In this document: one piece after another, positions 50,089 through 62,300 of the stretch
How the letters are laid out: each line of letters opens with the position of its first letter
Position numbering within the stretch: position 1 is the first letter of the stretch
Source: Escherichia coli
GTDB taxonomy: Bacteria > Pseudomonadota > Gammaproteobacteria > Enterobacterales > Enterobacteriaceae
NCBI RefSeq assembly: GCF_013315695.1
Contig: NZ_CP054353.1
Length of the DNA stretch: 64,000 nucleotides
Strand: one strand, 5' to 3'
Notes under the pieces: generated by a model
What the model saw: only the letters and a program-made list of their open reading frames with translations
The model's database searches: none
What the model was told of the DNA's origin: nothing
Made by a program: the position numbers and the translations under genes

Positions 50089-50691
50089 CAGCCACAGGCC
50101 CTCAATGATATGAATTAAAGTTGGCTGGAGTTTATCATAATTCGTCAGTTTTACAGCTCAACAGTATGCACAGAAGTGGTATATGCGTTCTCCCTTACGA
50201 AGCCTTGCATAATCCTTCTGAGCTATCATTACAACTGCCTCGCTTGTTATAAGCGGGTAAATGACTGCTGGTAACTATTCACAATCTTTAACCTGTTGCG
50301 CAAGTAATAGCCCTCTGTTGACCTCCTGGAGATAGTGCAATACTAAGTCCCTGCTCTTATTGCGACTGTTCTACTTTTCATCATTCGCTTAATAGGGAAT
50401 TCTCGTAAACACGACTAATACAGAAGACTGAAAGGTCGTCAGCCTACGATAATCTCCCCATAAAATGTGACATGAATCAGGAAGTTTTAACCTCACGTGC
50501 TGCGAAATCATCGGTGCAAATAGGGCTATATGCCGCGTCTTTTCTGGCTAATTTTATGAAAAGATATTTATTGGCGGCACAAAATAAAGAACAATTTTGA
50601 ATTCCTTACATTCCTGGCTATTGCACAACTGAATTTAAGGCTCTATTATTACCTCAACAAACCACCCCAATATAAGTTTGAGATTACTACA

Positions 50692-51105
50692 ATGAGCGAA
50701 GCACTTAAAATTCTGAACAACATCCGTACTCTTCGTGCGCAGGCAAGAGAATGTACACTTGAAACGCTGGAAGAAATGCTGGAAAAATTAGAAGTTGTTG
50801 TTAACGAACGTCGCGAAGAAGAAAGCGCGGCTGCTGCTGAAGTTGAAGAGCGCACTCGTAAACTGCAGCAATATCGCGAAATGCTGATCGCTGACGGTAT
50901 TGACCCGAACGAACTGCTGAATAGCCTTGCTGCCGTTAAATCTGGCACCAAAGCTAAACGTGCTCAGCGTCCGGCAAAATATAGCTACGTTGACGAAAAC
51001 GGCGAAACTAAAACCTGGACTGGCCAGGGCCGTACTCCAGCTGTAATCAAAAAAGCAATGGATGAGCAAGGTAAATCCCTCGACGATTTCCTGATCAAGC
51101 AATAA
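50692..51105 (+). CDS. hns: nucleoid-associated protein H-NS
   Basis: 137-aa product [41 protein letters not shown]...TWTGQGRTP... Confidence 0.97.
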
Positions 51106-51130
51106 TCTTTTGTAGATTGCACTTGCTTAA

Positions 51131-51158
51131 AAATCCCGCCATCGGCGGGATTTTTTAT
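51131..51158 (+). terminator. hns intrinsic terminator
   Basis: AATCCCGCC-ATCG-GCGGGATT hairpin followed by a T-run. Confidence 0.8.
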
Positions 51159-51195
51159 TGTCCGGTTTAAGACAATTTAATAAGAATAAGCTATA

Positions 51196-51228
51196 AAAAA
51201 ACGGCGTCGATTGCTCAACGCCGTTTCG
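51196..51228 (-). terminator. galU intrinsic terminator
   Basis: Minus-strand hairpin AACGGCGT...ACGCCGTT followed by a T-run. Confidence 0.7.
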
Positions 51229-51249
51229 TGGATAACACCGATACGGATG

Positions 51250-52158
51250 TTACTTCTTAATGCCCATCTCTTCTTCAAGCCAGGCTTTAAATTCCGAGCC
51301 AAGGGTGTTATGACGAATACCGTATTCAACGAAGGCCTGCATGTAACCTAATTTATTACCGCAGTCATGGCTCTTCCCTTTCATATGATAGGCTTCCACC
51401 GTTTCTTTTTCGATCAGCATATCAATTGCGTCGGTGAGCTGAATTTCATCACCAGCACCCGGAGGGGTTTTTGCCAGCAACGGCCAAATATCCGCGCTAA
51501 GAACGTAACGACCCACAATAGCGAGATTAGACGGCGCAACATCCGCTTTTGGTTTTTCAACCACGCCAACCATCGGTACGCTTTCACCCGGCGCTAATTC
51601 AACGCCTTTGCAATCCACAACGCCATATGCGGTCACATCAGCAACCGGTTCAACCATGATCTGGCTATGACCCGTTTCATCAAAGCGGCGGATCATCTCT
51701 GCCAGGTTATCCTGTGACAAATCGGATTCATATTCATCCAGAATAACGTCAGGCAAAATAACAGCCACAGGTTCATCACCCACTACCGGGTGAGCACACA
51801 ATACCGCGTGTCCCAGGCCTTTCGCCAGCCCCTGACGAACTTGCATAATAGTCACGTGCGGCGGACAAATAGACTGCACTTCATCAAGCAGTTGACGTTT
51901 TACACGTTTTTCCAGCATTGCTTCCAGTTCAAAACTGGTATCAAAGTGGTTTTCAATAGAGTTTTTAGATGAGTGAGTAACCAGCACAATTTCAGTAATG
52001 CCAGCCGCAATACATTCATTCACGACGTATTGAATTAATGGCTTATCGACAAGTGGCAGCATCTCTTTCGGGATGGCTTTCGTCGCCGGCAACATCCTGG
52101 TTCCTAATCCCGCAACGGGGATAACGGCTTTTTTGACTTTCGTATTAATGGCAGCCAT
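51250..52158 (-). CDS. galU: UTP--glucose-1-phosphate uridylyltransferase
   Basis: 302-aa product [35 protein letters not shown]... Confidence 0.95.
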   Translation of the reverse strand: MAAINTKVKKAVIPVAGLGTRMLPATKAIPKEMLPLVDKPLIQYVVNECIAAGITEIVLVTHSSKNSIENHFDTSFELEAMLEKRVKRQLLDEVQSICPPHVTIMQVRQGLAKGLGHAVLCAHPVVGDEPVAVILPDVILDEYESDLSQDNLAEMIRRFDETGHSQIMVEPVADVTAYGVVDCKGVELAPGESVPMVGVVEKPKADVAPSNLAIVGRYVLSADIWPLLAKTPPGAGDEIQLTDAIDMLIEKETVEAYHMKGKSHDCGNKLGYMQAFVEYGIRHNTLGSEFKAWLEEEMGIKK

Positions 52159-52359
52159 TTAAATTCTCCTGGACTGTTCGTGTTTTGAACGTGTTCATAT
52201 TTCTGTATCGCATCCCAGTATATCAGTACCCCGAAGGGGCTAAGTTCTGAAAAGGAGGCGAGTTAGCATAATTAAGACAATTACTTATACGAATGGCGAC
52301 GATAGTACCACCAGCCGACATTAGCAGGTAATGCAAATTTAGCCCGCGTTATCGTTTGC

Positions 52360-53373
52360 TCATTCTGCAGACAACATCAAGCGCAGCCGACCACCGGTTC
52401 CCCATATTTGGCATTGCCAGGCATCGCATCGCTGGCTCAATTGATTCAAATAAGCGTTACCTAAAGTGCCTAACGGAACACCATTACTGATTTGTACCTG
52501 GTGTTCGCCGGTATTTAACGTCGCATTCAGACCCGCAGAAACCAGAATGAGATTTTTCAGTTCGCGATGATAATAGCCAACTAATAGCGGAAACTGCCCC
52601 GGCAGATTGGCCTGACGGAGTAAATGGTTTACCTGCTTCAATAACGCGCCCAACTCTGGCAACCGTTGATTTTGGTGTGCAAGCTGTTCCTGTAATAATC
52701 CGTTAAACAATGCGCGTAATAACAAGGCAGCAAGTACGCCATTATGTCCAGCTCGGGTGACATCAAGGCAATAAAATGCCAGATCGTTTTCCGAAAGTGC
52801 GGCAATATCAAGCACCAGGCCGGGTTTGTCCGCGGCAACCAATTGACGATAATTAACCCGGCAATGGGAAATCACCTGCTGAACCGGCGGTTGCAATTCC
52901 TGTAATAATTTCGCCGCTGCGGCAGGGTTATCAACCATTGCATCCCAGTCGCGAAAAAGCCTTTCCTCTTCCTCAACGCGGGAATTAAACATGCTGGGAT
53001 AGAGACAGGCAAAAACCATCTCGCGCAAGCGATTCAGATCTTTAACTGGTTTCAGCAAAACATCTTCAACGCCCAGACGTAACGCTTTGGCAATATCTGC
53101 CATATTTTCAGTGGCAGATATCACCAGAACCGGTGTCTGGTCACCTCTGTTGCGCATATGTTCCAGCAGTTTAAGCCCGTTCATTCTGGGCATCGCGATA
53201 TCACATATCATCAGGTCTGGAGTGAAACCTCCCAGCAACTCAAGGGCATCCACCCCATCAGCCGCCAGTACCGTTGTCGCTCCCAATGAGGAAAACCACG
53301 AATCCAGAAGCGAGCGAAATACCTGCTCATCTTCAACAATGAGAATCTGTTTTCCGACCAATGGCTGCGTCAT
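52360..53373 (-). CDS. rssB: RpoS-proteolysis adaptor response regulator RssB
   Basis: 337-aa product with N-terminal receiver domain (ILIVEDE...DLMICDIAMPRMNG). Confidence 0.95.
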   Translation of the reverse strand: MTQPLVGKQILIVEDEQVFRSLLDSWFSSLGATTVLAADGVDALELLGGFTPDLMICDIAMPRMNGLKLLEHMRNRGDQTPVLVISATENMADIAKALRLGVEDVLLKPVKDLNRLREMVFACLYPSMFNSRVEEEERLFRDWDAMVDNPAAAAKLLQELQPPVQQVISHCRVNYRQLVAADKPGLVLDIAALSENDLAFYCLDVTRAGHNGVLAALLLRALFNGLLQEQLAHQNQRLPELGALLKQVNHLLRQANLPGQFPLLVGYYHRELKNLILVSAGLNATLNTGEHQVQISNGVPLGTLGNAYLNQLSQRCDAWQCQIWGTGGRLRLMLSAE

Positions 53374-53464
53374 GTTCTCTCCCCTGACTGGCTTTACTCA
53401 ATAGTGGCATGCTATTGCCACCTGCGCCTGTCAGAATTAACTTAAGTGTAGATAAAAATTCTGG

Positions 53465-54370
53465 TCAAATGTTGGTGCGTACCAACGGCAAAAGTTCGTC
53501 CATTTTCTTTTCCACTGCCAGCTGCCCAGCCGCAATGGCAGCGTGCGCGCGATGGAAATCAAGCGTAGATATTTGCGGGCAAACAGGTTGAATCAGAATA
53601 TCGGGCGGATCACCTGCCATGCGGTTCCTTTTAAGGCGGTTCTCCAGCACCTGGATAGAAGTGGTCATAATCTCTGTTGCCGTTGGCGCTGTCACCGCCC
53701 GACGTGTCGTTATGCTGCCCAACCTTTCTTTCAGACGCGCATGCCACGGCAGAGAATCACCATTCTCGCTATTTTCTTCACTGACATTAAAGGAGAGCAG
53801 ATCTTGTTGCATCAAATGAGCATCGTGCTGCAGGTCGACCGCTATCACAATATCAGCACCCAATGCACGCGTGAGCGAAATAGGAATTGGGTTAACTACA
53901 GCGCCATCAACCAGCCAGTAGCCGTTATGCGCAACGGGTGCCATTAGTCCTGGAATACTGCATGATGCACGAATAGCAAGATGGAGATCGCCTTCAGTAA
54001 ACCATAATTCGCGCCCAGTACTTAAATTGGTGGCAACAGCCGCGAAGCGACGGGAACAATTTTCGATCTCTGTTTCCGGCATTATTTCGCGATATTGATT
54101 GAAGACACGCTCGCCGCGCAGTAACCCACCGCGCTGCCAGGAGAGATCCATCAGGCGTAAAACATCCCAATAACTGAAAGAGGTTACCCAATCTTCCAGC
54201 GCAGATAATCGATCGCATGCATAGGCCGCGCCCACCAGCGAACCAATTGAGCATCCTGCAACGATATCAATTTCAATACCCACTTTTTTTAGCGCATTAA
54301 TAACGCCAATATGCGACCAACCTCTCGCCGCGCCAGATCCCAGCGCCAGCCCTATTTTTATCTTTCTCAT
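53465..54370 (-). CDS. rssA: patatin-like phospholipase RssA
   Basis: 301-aa product MRKIKIGLALGSGAARGWSHIG...GCSIGSLVGA; ORF-track ORF extends to 54409. Confidence 0.9.
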   Translation of the reverse strand: MRKIKIGLALGSGAARGWSHIGVINALKKVGIEIDIVAGCSIGSLVGAAYACDRLSALEDWVTSFSYWDVLRLMDLSWQRGGLLRGERVFNQYREIMPETEIENCSRRFAAVATNLSTGRELWFTEGDLHLAIRASCSIPGLMAPVAHNGYWLVDGAVVNPIPISLTRALGADIVIAVDLQHDAHLMQQDLLSFNVSEENSENGDSLPWHARLKERLGSITTRRAVTAPTATEIMTTSIQVLENRLKRNRMAGDPPDILIQPVCPQISTLDFHRAHAAIAAGQLAVEKKMDELLPLVRTNI

Positions 54371-54482
54371 TATTCCCGCAAGATTCCCCTGGAATGCAAT
54401 CGTAGCCACATCGCTACTGCTCGGTTAACATAGTGCTACTCAGGCGGTTAATACGCCGTTATTGTTTCCAGGGAGATTATTT

Positions 54483-54941
54483 GTGTCTCAGCTTTGTCCC
54501 TGTGGTAGTGCTGTCGAGTATAGCCTATGTTGCCACCCTTATGTGTCTGGTGAAAAGGTTGCACCTGATCCAGAACATCTCATGCGTTCGCGTTACTGCG
54601 CTTTTGTGATGCAAGACGCAGATTATTTAATAAAGACCTGGCATCCATCTTGTGGAGCAGCGGCGTTACGTGCCGAATTGATGGCCGGATTTGCGCATAC
54701 TGAATGGTTGGGATTGACCGTATTTGAACATTGTTGGCAGGACGCCGACAATATCGGATTTGTCAGTTTTGTTGCTCGATTTACCGAAGGTGGCAAAACA
54801 GGTGCAATCATTGAACGTTCGCGATTTTTGAAAGAAAACGGTCAATGGTACTATATTGACGGTACACGTCCGCAGTTTGGCCGCAACGATCCCTGCCCTT
54901 GTGGTTCAGGTAAAAAATTTAAAAAGTGCTGCGGCCAATAA
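54483..54941 (+). CDS. ychJ: UPF0225 SEC-C-motif protein YchJ
   Basis: GTG start; product [20 protein letters not shown]... with C-terminal [14 protein letters not shown]. Confidence 0.85.
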
Positions 54942-54990
54942 TGGTTGACGGTACGGTTTAGCAAACACTCTCAACAAGGTTTTTCCAGCA

Positions 54991-55833
54991 ATGCATTCAC
55001 TCCAACGTAAAGTTCTGCGTACTATTTGTCCGGACCAAAAAGGTCTGATCGCACGTATCACCAATATTTGCTACAAGCACGAGTTAAATATCGTACAGAA
55101 CAATGAATTTGTTGATCACCGTACCGGGCGCTTTTTTATGCGCACGGAACTGGAAGGGATTTTTAATGATTCCACCCTGCTGGCGGATCTCGATAGCGCA
55201 TTGCCAGAAGGCTCCGTACGTGAGCTGAATCCTGCCGGTCGTCGCCGGATAGTGATTCTGGTCACTAAAGAGGCGCATTGCCTTGGCGATTTGTTGATGA
55301 AAGCCAATTACGGCGGCCTGGATGTCGAAATCGCGGCAGTTATTGGTAACCACGATACTTTACGTTCTCTGGTTGAGCGTTTTGATATTCCGTTTGAGCT
55401 GGTAAGCCATGAAGGGTTAAGCCGCAACGAGCACGATCAAAAGATGGCGGATGCCATTGATGCTTATCAGCCTGACTACGTGGTGCTGGCGAAGTATATG
55501 CGGGTATTAACGCCAGAATTTGTGGCACGCTTCCCGAATAAGATCATCAATATTCACCATTCATTCCTGCCAGCGTTTATCGGCGCACGTCCTTATCACC
55601 AGGCCTATGAACGTGGCGTGAAGATTATTGGCGCAACCGCTCACTATGTGAATGACAATCTGGACGAAGGTCCAATCATCATGCAGGACGTTATTCATGT
55701 CGATCATACCTACACAGCTGAAGATATGATGCGCGCAGGTCGTGACGTCGAGAAAAACGTCTTAAGTCGCGCACTCTACAAAGTACTGGCGCAGCGCGTC
55801 TTTGTTTACGGTAATCGGACGATTATTCTTTAA
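54991..55833 (+). CDS. purU: formyltetrahydrofolate deformylase
   Basis: 280-aa product with N-terminal ACT-like region and formyltransferase domain. Confidence 0.95.
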   Translation: MHSLQRKVLRTICPDQKGLIARITNICYKHELNIVQNNEFVDHRTGRFFMRTELEGIFNDSTLLADLDSALPEGSVRELNPAGRRRIVILVTKEAHCLGDLLMKANYGGLDVEIAAVIGNHDTLRSLVERFDIPFELVSHEGLSRNEHDQKMADAIDAYQPDYVVLAKYMRVLTPEFVARFPNKIINIHHSFLPAFIGARPYHQAYERGVKIIGATAHYVNDNLDEGPIIMQDVIHVDHTYTAEDMMRAGRDVEKNVLSRALYKVLAQRVFVYGNRTIIL

Positions 55834-55992
55834 TCGCCAGCAAAAATAACTGGTTACCTTTAATCCGTTACGGATGAAAATTACGCAACCAGTTCATTTT
55901 TCTCAACGTAACACTTTACAGCGGCGCGTCATTTGATATGATGCGCCCCGCTTCCCGATAAGGGAGCAGGCCAGTAAAAAGCATTACCCCGT

Positions 55993-56076
<84 letters not shown>

Positions 56077-56110
56077 TCTCAAGCATTACCTCAAAATTTG
56101 AATTACCCTT

Positions 56111-56195
<85 letters not shown>

Positions 56196-56333
56196 TTACT
56201 TCCTGAAATACTCAAAACCTGTTACTCCGAGCTAATTCTGCCCGATGGCACCGCGTTTACCGGACCTAAAATATCCTCCCCTGAAGTTCGGATAAGCGAA
56301 GCGCATCCGACAACTCACCCCGCACCGTGCCCA

Positions 56334-56357
56334 TAAAAAAACCCCGCCGAAGCAGGG
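56334..56357 (-). terminator. intrinsic terminator after narI
   Basis: Minus-strand hairpin CCCTGC-UUCG-GCGGGG followed by a U7 run. Confidence 0.7.
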
Positions 56358-56378
56358 TCTGTGTGAACTAAAATTCGC

Positions 56379-57056
56379 TTAGTGACGAGCGCGCACCAGC
56401 TGGTACTTACGTGTCAGATACTCCACCGGGACGCTCCAGATGTGTACCAGACGTGAGAACGGGAACAGCAGGAATAACGTCATCCCCAACACCAGGTGCA
56501 GACGGAAGATAAATGCCACACCATCAAGATGTTGAGAAGCACCACCGTGGAAGGTCACTACCGACTGCGCCCAGCCAACCAGTTTCATCATCTCGCTACC
56601 GTCCATATGCTGGGCTGAGAACGGAATGGTCAGCAAGCCCAGCGCGCACTGGATAACGAGCAGCGACAGGATCAGGATATCCGCTCCGGTAGTGGTTGCA
56701 CGCACGCGTGGGCTGAACAGACGACGCTTCAGCAACAGCACGCCGCCAATCAGACACAGCACACCGCTGGCACCACCAGCAAACATCGCCATTTTCTGTT
56801 TCACTTCAATCGGCAGCCAGGCTTCATACATCCAGTGCGGCGTCAGCATACCGAAGAAGTGACCGACAAAAATCCCCAGAATACCGATATGGAACAGGTT
56901 CGACGCCAGGTTCATCCCTTTGCGATCCAGCATCTGGCTGGACGCCGCGCGCCAGGTGTACTGCCCGTAGTCATAACGCAGCCAGCTACCAATCAGGAAG
57001 ACCGCCCCGGCTATGTACGGGTAGATATCAAAGAAGAACATATTCAGGAATTGCAT
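56379..57056 (-). CDS. narI: respiratory nitrate reductase 1 gamma subunit
   Basis: 225-aa multi-TM product [35 protein letters not shown]... Confidence 0.95.
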   Translation of the reverse strand: MQFLNMFFFDIYPYIAGAVFLIGSWLRYDYGQYTWRAASSQMLDRKGMNLASNLFHIGILGIFVGHFFGMLTPHWMYEAWLPIEVKQKMAMFAGGASGVLCLIGGVLLLKRRLFSPRVRATTTGADILILSLLVIQCALGLLTIPFSAQHMDGSEMMKLVGWAQSVVTFHGGASQHLDGVAFIFRLHLVLGMTLFLLFPFSRLVHIWSVPVEYLTRKYQLVRARH

Positions 57057-57766
57057 TAGTGCTGTCCTCCGGTGGTGATATTCAGATATTGCGGCGCGAC
57101 GGCACCGGCAAAGCGACGCTGATGAGCAGTGATTGCTGAATCACCGCAGCCTTTGTCAGCAAAGAATTTAACCTGCTCTTCTTCCCAGACGGCATCCAGC
57201 GCCTGCGGCGTATCGTCGCGCGCTTCGTCGGCAATTTTTTCCGCCACTTTGTCGCTGTCGATAGCGGTATTCGCCAGTTTCAGCAGCAGATCAAACAGCA
57301 CGGCATAACGGCTTTCACGCTGTTGCAGACGCGCACTCAGCAATGCCAGAATCGGCGCAATATCTTTCAAACCCTCCACGGCTTCGCTTTGCGGCAGCTG
57401 CGCCAGGTACTCCAGATACAGCGGCAGATGGTCGGGCAATTCGCGGCTGTTTAACTGCAAACCGTGCTGCTCATACTGCGCCAGCAGGTCTACCATCGCC
57501 TGACCGCGGTCGCGGGATTCACCGTGCACATGTTCAAACAGCAACAGTGACGTGGCACGGCCACGGTCGAACAGTTCGCTGTACTGGGCCTGAGCATCGA
57601 GCGGATCCATCGCCGTTAAATCGCGCAGGAAAATGCCCAGCGCATGGGCATCTTCTTTCGACAGATTTTTCGACGCGGCAATCGCCTCAAACATCTCTTG
57701 TTGATGCTGCCATAAGGCAGCATCCGGATATTCAAGGAGACGCGATACAATCACGAGTTCGATCAT
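57056..57766 (-). CDS. narJ: nitrate reductase molybdenum cofactor assembly chaperone
   Basis: 236-aa ORF between narH and narI; start overlaps narI stop. Confidence 0.95.
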   Translation of the reverse strand: MIELVIVSRLLEYPDAALWQHQQEMFEAIAASKNLSKEDAHALGIFLRDLTAMDPLDAQAQYSELFDRGRATSLLLFEHVHGESRDRGQAMVDLLAQYEQHGLQLNSRELPDHLPLYLEYLAQLPQSEAVEGLKDIAPILALLSARLQQRESRYAVLFDLLLKLANTAIDSDKVAEKIADEARDDTPQALDAVWEEEQVKFFADKGCGDSAITAHQRRFAGAVAPQYLNITTGGQH

Positions 57767-59301
57767 GGGTGCGGCTCCGTTTTGCTGGTTACGTCGATGG
57801 CATCGATACGGCGGCTGTTGAACAGATTGAATTTGGTATCTGAACCGTGGCAGCCATCACCAAAGGTAAAGCCGCAGCCATTTTTCTCCGGGAAGGCTTC
57901 CCGCGCCAGTTCACGATGACTACTCGGCACCACAAAGCGATCTTCGTAGTTAGCAATCGCCAGATAACGGTACATCTCCTGTGCCTGGGCTTCGGTCAGA
58001 CCGACCTCTTCCAGCGCACGGGTATCCACTTTCCCGTCAACGGTTTCAGCACGTTTATAATGACGCATCGCCAGCATACGTTTCAGCGCGCGCAGTACCG
58101 GTTTGGTATCACCGGCGGTCAGCAGATTCGCCAGATACTGTACCGGAATACGCAGGCTTTCGACGTCTGGCAGAATGCCGTTGCTGCCCAGCTCACCCGC
58201 ATCTGCTGCAGACTGAATCGGAGACAGAGGCGGCACGTACCAGACCATCGGCAGTGTGCGATATTCCGGATGCAGCGGCAGCGCCAGTTTCCATTCCATC
58301 GCCATTTTATAAACCGGCGACTGCTGTGCGGCTTCAATAACGCTCAGCGGAATACCGTCTTTAATCGCCTGCTCGATGACTTTCGGATCGTTCGGATCGA
58401 GGAACACGTCCAGCTGACGCTGGTAAAGATCTTTCTCGTTCTCAGTGCTGGCTGCACGTTCAATAGCGTCGGCATCGTACAACAGCACGCCGAGATAACG
58501 GATACGACCGACACAGGTTTCTGAGCACACGGTCGGCTGACCCGCTTCAATACGCGGATAGCAGAAGATGCACTTCTCAGACTTACCGCTCTTCCAGTTG
58601 AAATAGATTTTTTTGTACGGGCATCCGGTGATGCACATACGCCAGCCACGGCATTTATCCTGGTCGATCAGAACGATGCCATCTTCTTCACGCTTGTAAA
58701 TCGCACCGCTCGGGCAGGTCGCCACACATGCCGGGTTCAGGCAGTGTTCGCACAGGCGCGGCAAATACATCATGAAGGTGTTTTCGAACTGGCTATACAT
58801 CGCCTTCTGGATGTTGTCGAAGTTCTTGTCTTTCGCCAGCTTGTCGAACTCACCGCCCAGGTCATCTTCCCAGTTCGGCCCTTTTTCGATTTTCGCCATC
58901 CGTTCGCCGGTAATCAGCGAACGCGGACGGGCAATCGGCTGCGACTTGCTGCCTTCCGGCGCGGTATGCAGGTTCTGATAGTCAAAATCGAACGGCTCGT
59001 AATAATCGTCGATCCCCGGCAGATGCGGGTTAGCGAAGATTTTACCCAGCAGCATGGCGCGGTTACCCATGCGCGGCTGCAGTTTGCCGTTGATTTTACG
59101 GATCCAGCCGCCTTTGTATTTTTCCTGGTTTTCCCAGTCAGTCGGGAAGCCCTGGCCCGGCTTGGTTTCCACGTTGTTGAACCACGCGTATTCCACGCCT
59201 TCGCGGCTGGTCCAGACGTTTTTACAGGTAACTGAACAGGTGTGGCAGCCGATGCACTTATCGAGATTCAGCACCATGCCGACTTGTGAACGAATTTTCA
59301 T
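57763..59301 (-). CDS. narH: respiratory nitrate reductase 1 beta subunit
   Basis: 512-aa Cys-rich iron-sulfur protein (CIGCHTCSVTC..., CEHCLNPACVATCP...). Confidence 0.95.
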   Translation of the reverse strand: MKIRSQVGMVLNLDKCIGCHTCSVTCKNVWTSREGVEYAWFNNVETKPGQGFPTDWENQEKYKGGWIRKINGKLQPRMGNRAMLLGKIFANPHLPGIDDYYEPFDFDYQNLHTAPEGSKSQPIARPRSLITGERMAKIEKGPNWEDDLGGEFDKLAKDKNFDNIQKAMYSQFENTFMMYLPRLCEHCLNPACVATCPSGAIYKREEDGIVLIDQDKCRGWRMCITGCPYKKIYFNWKSGKSEKCIFCYPRIEAGQPTVCSETCVGRIRYLGVLLYDADAIERAASTENEKDLYQRQLDVFLDPNDPKVIEQAIKDGIPLSVIEAAQQSPVYKMAMEWKLALPLHPEYRTLPMVWYVPPLSPIQSAADAGELGSNGILPDVESLRIPVQYLANLLTAGDTKPVLRALKRMLAMRHYKRAETVDGKVDTRALEEVGLTEAQAQEMYRYLAIANYEDRFVVPSSHRELAREAFPEKNGCGFTFGDGCHGSDTKFNLFNSRRIDAIDVTSKTEPHP

Positions 59302-62300
59302 TTTACGCTCTCCTGTACCTGGTCATTGCCTTCGCCATCTAACCAGTCAATGTTCTTCATCTTACGCACTACAACAAACTCATCGCGGTTAGAACCTACG
59401 GTGCCGTAGTAGTTAAAGCCGTATGCCAGATGGGCATAGCCGCCGATCATATGCGTCGGTTTCGGCGTGATACGGGTGACCGAGTTATGGATACCACCAC
59501 GCTGTTGGGTAATTTCCGAACCAGGCAGGTTAACGATACGTTCCTGCGCGTGGTACATCATGGTCATCCCTGCCGGAACACGCTGGCTGACAACCGCACG
59601 GGCAGTCAGAGCACCGTTGCTGTTGAAGACTTCAATCCAGTCGTTATCGGCAATGCCCAGATCTTTGGCATCGGCTTCACTCAGCCAGACCACCGGACCA
59701 CCGCGACCTAAAGTCAGCATCAGCAGGTTGTCGCTGTAGGTGGAGTGGATACCCCACTTCTGGTGCGGCGTCAGGAAGTTGAGCGCTTTTTCCGGGTTGC
59801 CGTTGGATTTCTGCCCCATCACTTCTTTCACCGAACGGGTGTCGATCGGCGGACGATAAACCAGCAGGCTTTCACCGAAATCACGCATCCACTGGTGATC
59901 CTGATACAGTTGCTGACGACCAGAGAGCGTACGCCATGGGATCAGCTCGTGAACGTTGGTGTAACCGGCGTTGTAAGAAACGTGTTCATCTTCCAGACCA
60001 GACCAGGTCGGGCTGGAGATAATTTTGCGCGGCTGTGCCTGAATATCGCGGAAGCGGATCTTCTCGTCTTCTTTATTCAGCGCCAGATGCGTATGGTCAC
60101 GACCGGTAAATTCGCTCAGGGCAGCCCAGGCTTTTACAGCTACCTGACCATTGGTTTCCGGTGCCAGCGTCAGGATCATCTCTGCTGCATCAATTGCGGT
60201 ATTGAGCATCGGCTGACCTTTTGCCGGACCTTCCGCTTTGGTGTAGTTGAGCTTACGCAGCAGATCCATCTCGCTCTGGGTGTTCCAGGCAATCCCTTTA
60301 CCGCCATTACCGATTTTCTCCATCAGCGGGCCGATAGAGGTAAAGCGTTCGTAAGTCGCCGGATAATCGCGCTCTACGACCATAATGTGCGGTGCAGTTT
60401 TACCTGGGATCAGGTCGCATTCGCCTTTTTTCCAGTCTTTCACATCCAGCGGCTGTGCCAGTTCAGCGGCAGAGTCGTGCTGGATAGGCAGCGTGACGAT
60501 GTCGGTTTCTTTACCCAGATGACCAACGCACACTTCGGAGAATTTCCTGGCGATGGCTTTGTAGATTTCCCAGTCGCTTTTCGCTTCCCAGGCCGGATCG
60601 ACCGCCGCAGACAGCGGGTGAATAAACGGATGCATATCCGAAGTATTCATGTCGTCTTTTTCGTACCAGGTCGCCGTCGGCAAAATGATGTCGGAATAGA
60701 GACAGGTGCTCGACAGACGGAAGTCCAGCGTCACCACCAGATCCAGCTTGCCTTCCAGACCATTGTCCTGCCAGTCCACTTCTTCCGGCTTCACGCCGCC
60801 CTGCTGCCCCAGATCTTTACCCTGGATACCGTGCTCCGTCCCCAGCAGGTACTTGAGCATAAACTCATGACCTTTACCGGAAGAACCGAGCAGGTTAGAA
60901 CGCCAGATGAACAGGTTACGCGGGTGGTTTTTACCGTTTTCCGGCTGTTCCGCAGCGAAACGGATAGAACCCTCTTTCAGGGATTTCACCGTATAGTCCA
61001 CCGGATTCATCCCGGCTTTTTCTGCTTCGCGAGCGATAGTCAGCGGGTTAGTGCCTAACTGCGGTGCAGACGGCAGCCAGCCCATGCGTTCCGCACGGAC
61101 GTTAAAGTCGATCAGGTGTCCGGTATAACGGGATTTATCCGCCATCGGTGACAGCAACTCTTCCGCCGTGACGGTTTCATAACGCCACTGGCTGGAGTGG
61201 TTATAGAAATAAGAAGTGCTGTTCATGTGACGCGCCGGACGCTGCCAGTCAAGGGCAAACGCCAGCGGCTGCCAGCCGGTTTGCGGACGCAGTTTTTCCT
61301 GACCTACATAGTGCGCCCAGCCACCCCCGCTCTGACCGACACAGCCGCAGAAAATCAGCATGTTGATCAGACCACGATAGTTCATGTCCAGGTGATACCA
61401 GTGGTTCAGTCCCGCACCGACGATAATCATCGAACGACCGTGCGTTTTATCAGCGTTATCGGCAAATTCACGGGCGATGCGAATAATCTGGCTGCGAGAA
61501 ACGCCAGTGATTTGCTCGGCCCACGCCGGAGTGTAAGCTTTCACATCGTCATAGCTGGCTGCACAGTTAACGTCGTTCAGGCCACGTTCCAGACCATAGT
61601 TTGCCAGCGTCAGATCATAAACGGTGGTCACCAGGGCGGTGCTGCCATCAGCCAGTTGCAAGCGTTTCACCGGCAGCTTGTGCAGCAGCACGTTTTCCAG
61701 TTCCACTTTGTTGAAGTGTTCCGTGCCGTCGCCACCAAAGTACGGGAAGCCCACCTCAGCGATCTCATCCTGGCTACCCAGCAGGCTCAGTTGCAGCTCG
61801 GTTTCTTCGCCAGTTTTGCCGTCGCGCTGCTCAAGATTCCATTTGCCCTTCTCGCCCCAGCGGAAGCCAATAGAACCGTTCGGCGCAACCATTTCGCCAT
61901 TGGTATTAAAGGCGACAGTTTTCCATTCCGGATTGTTTTCCTGGCCCAGCGCATCCACCAGATCGGCAGCGCGCAGCATACGACCTGCGGCGTAGTAACC
62001 GTCGCGTTCTTCCAGCATCACCAGCATCGGCATGTCGGTGTAGCGACGCACATAGTCGGTGAAATACTGGCTTGGGTTGTCGAGGTGGAATTCACGCAGC
62101 ATTACGTGACCCATTGCCAGCGCCATTGCCGCATCGGTGCCCTGTTTCGGTGCCAGCCACAGATCGCACAGTTTGGCGATTTCAGCGTAGTCTGGTGTGA
62201 CGGCAACAGTTTTGGTGCCTTTGTAACGCACTTCAGTAAAGAAGTGAGCATCCGGGGTACGCGTCTGCGGCACGTTTGAACCCCAAGCGATGATGTAGCT

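Noticed and set aside
59745-62279. 437-aa and 360-aa plus-strand ORFs antisense to narG
   Set aside because: Antisense frames within narG; no RBS and no recognisable domains.
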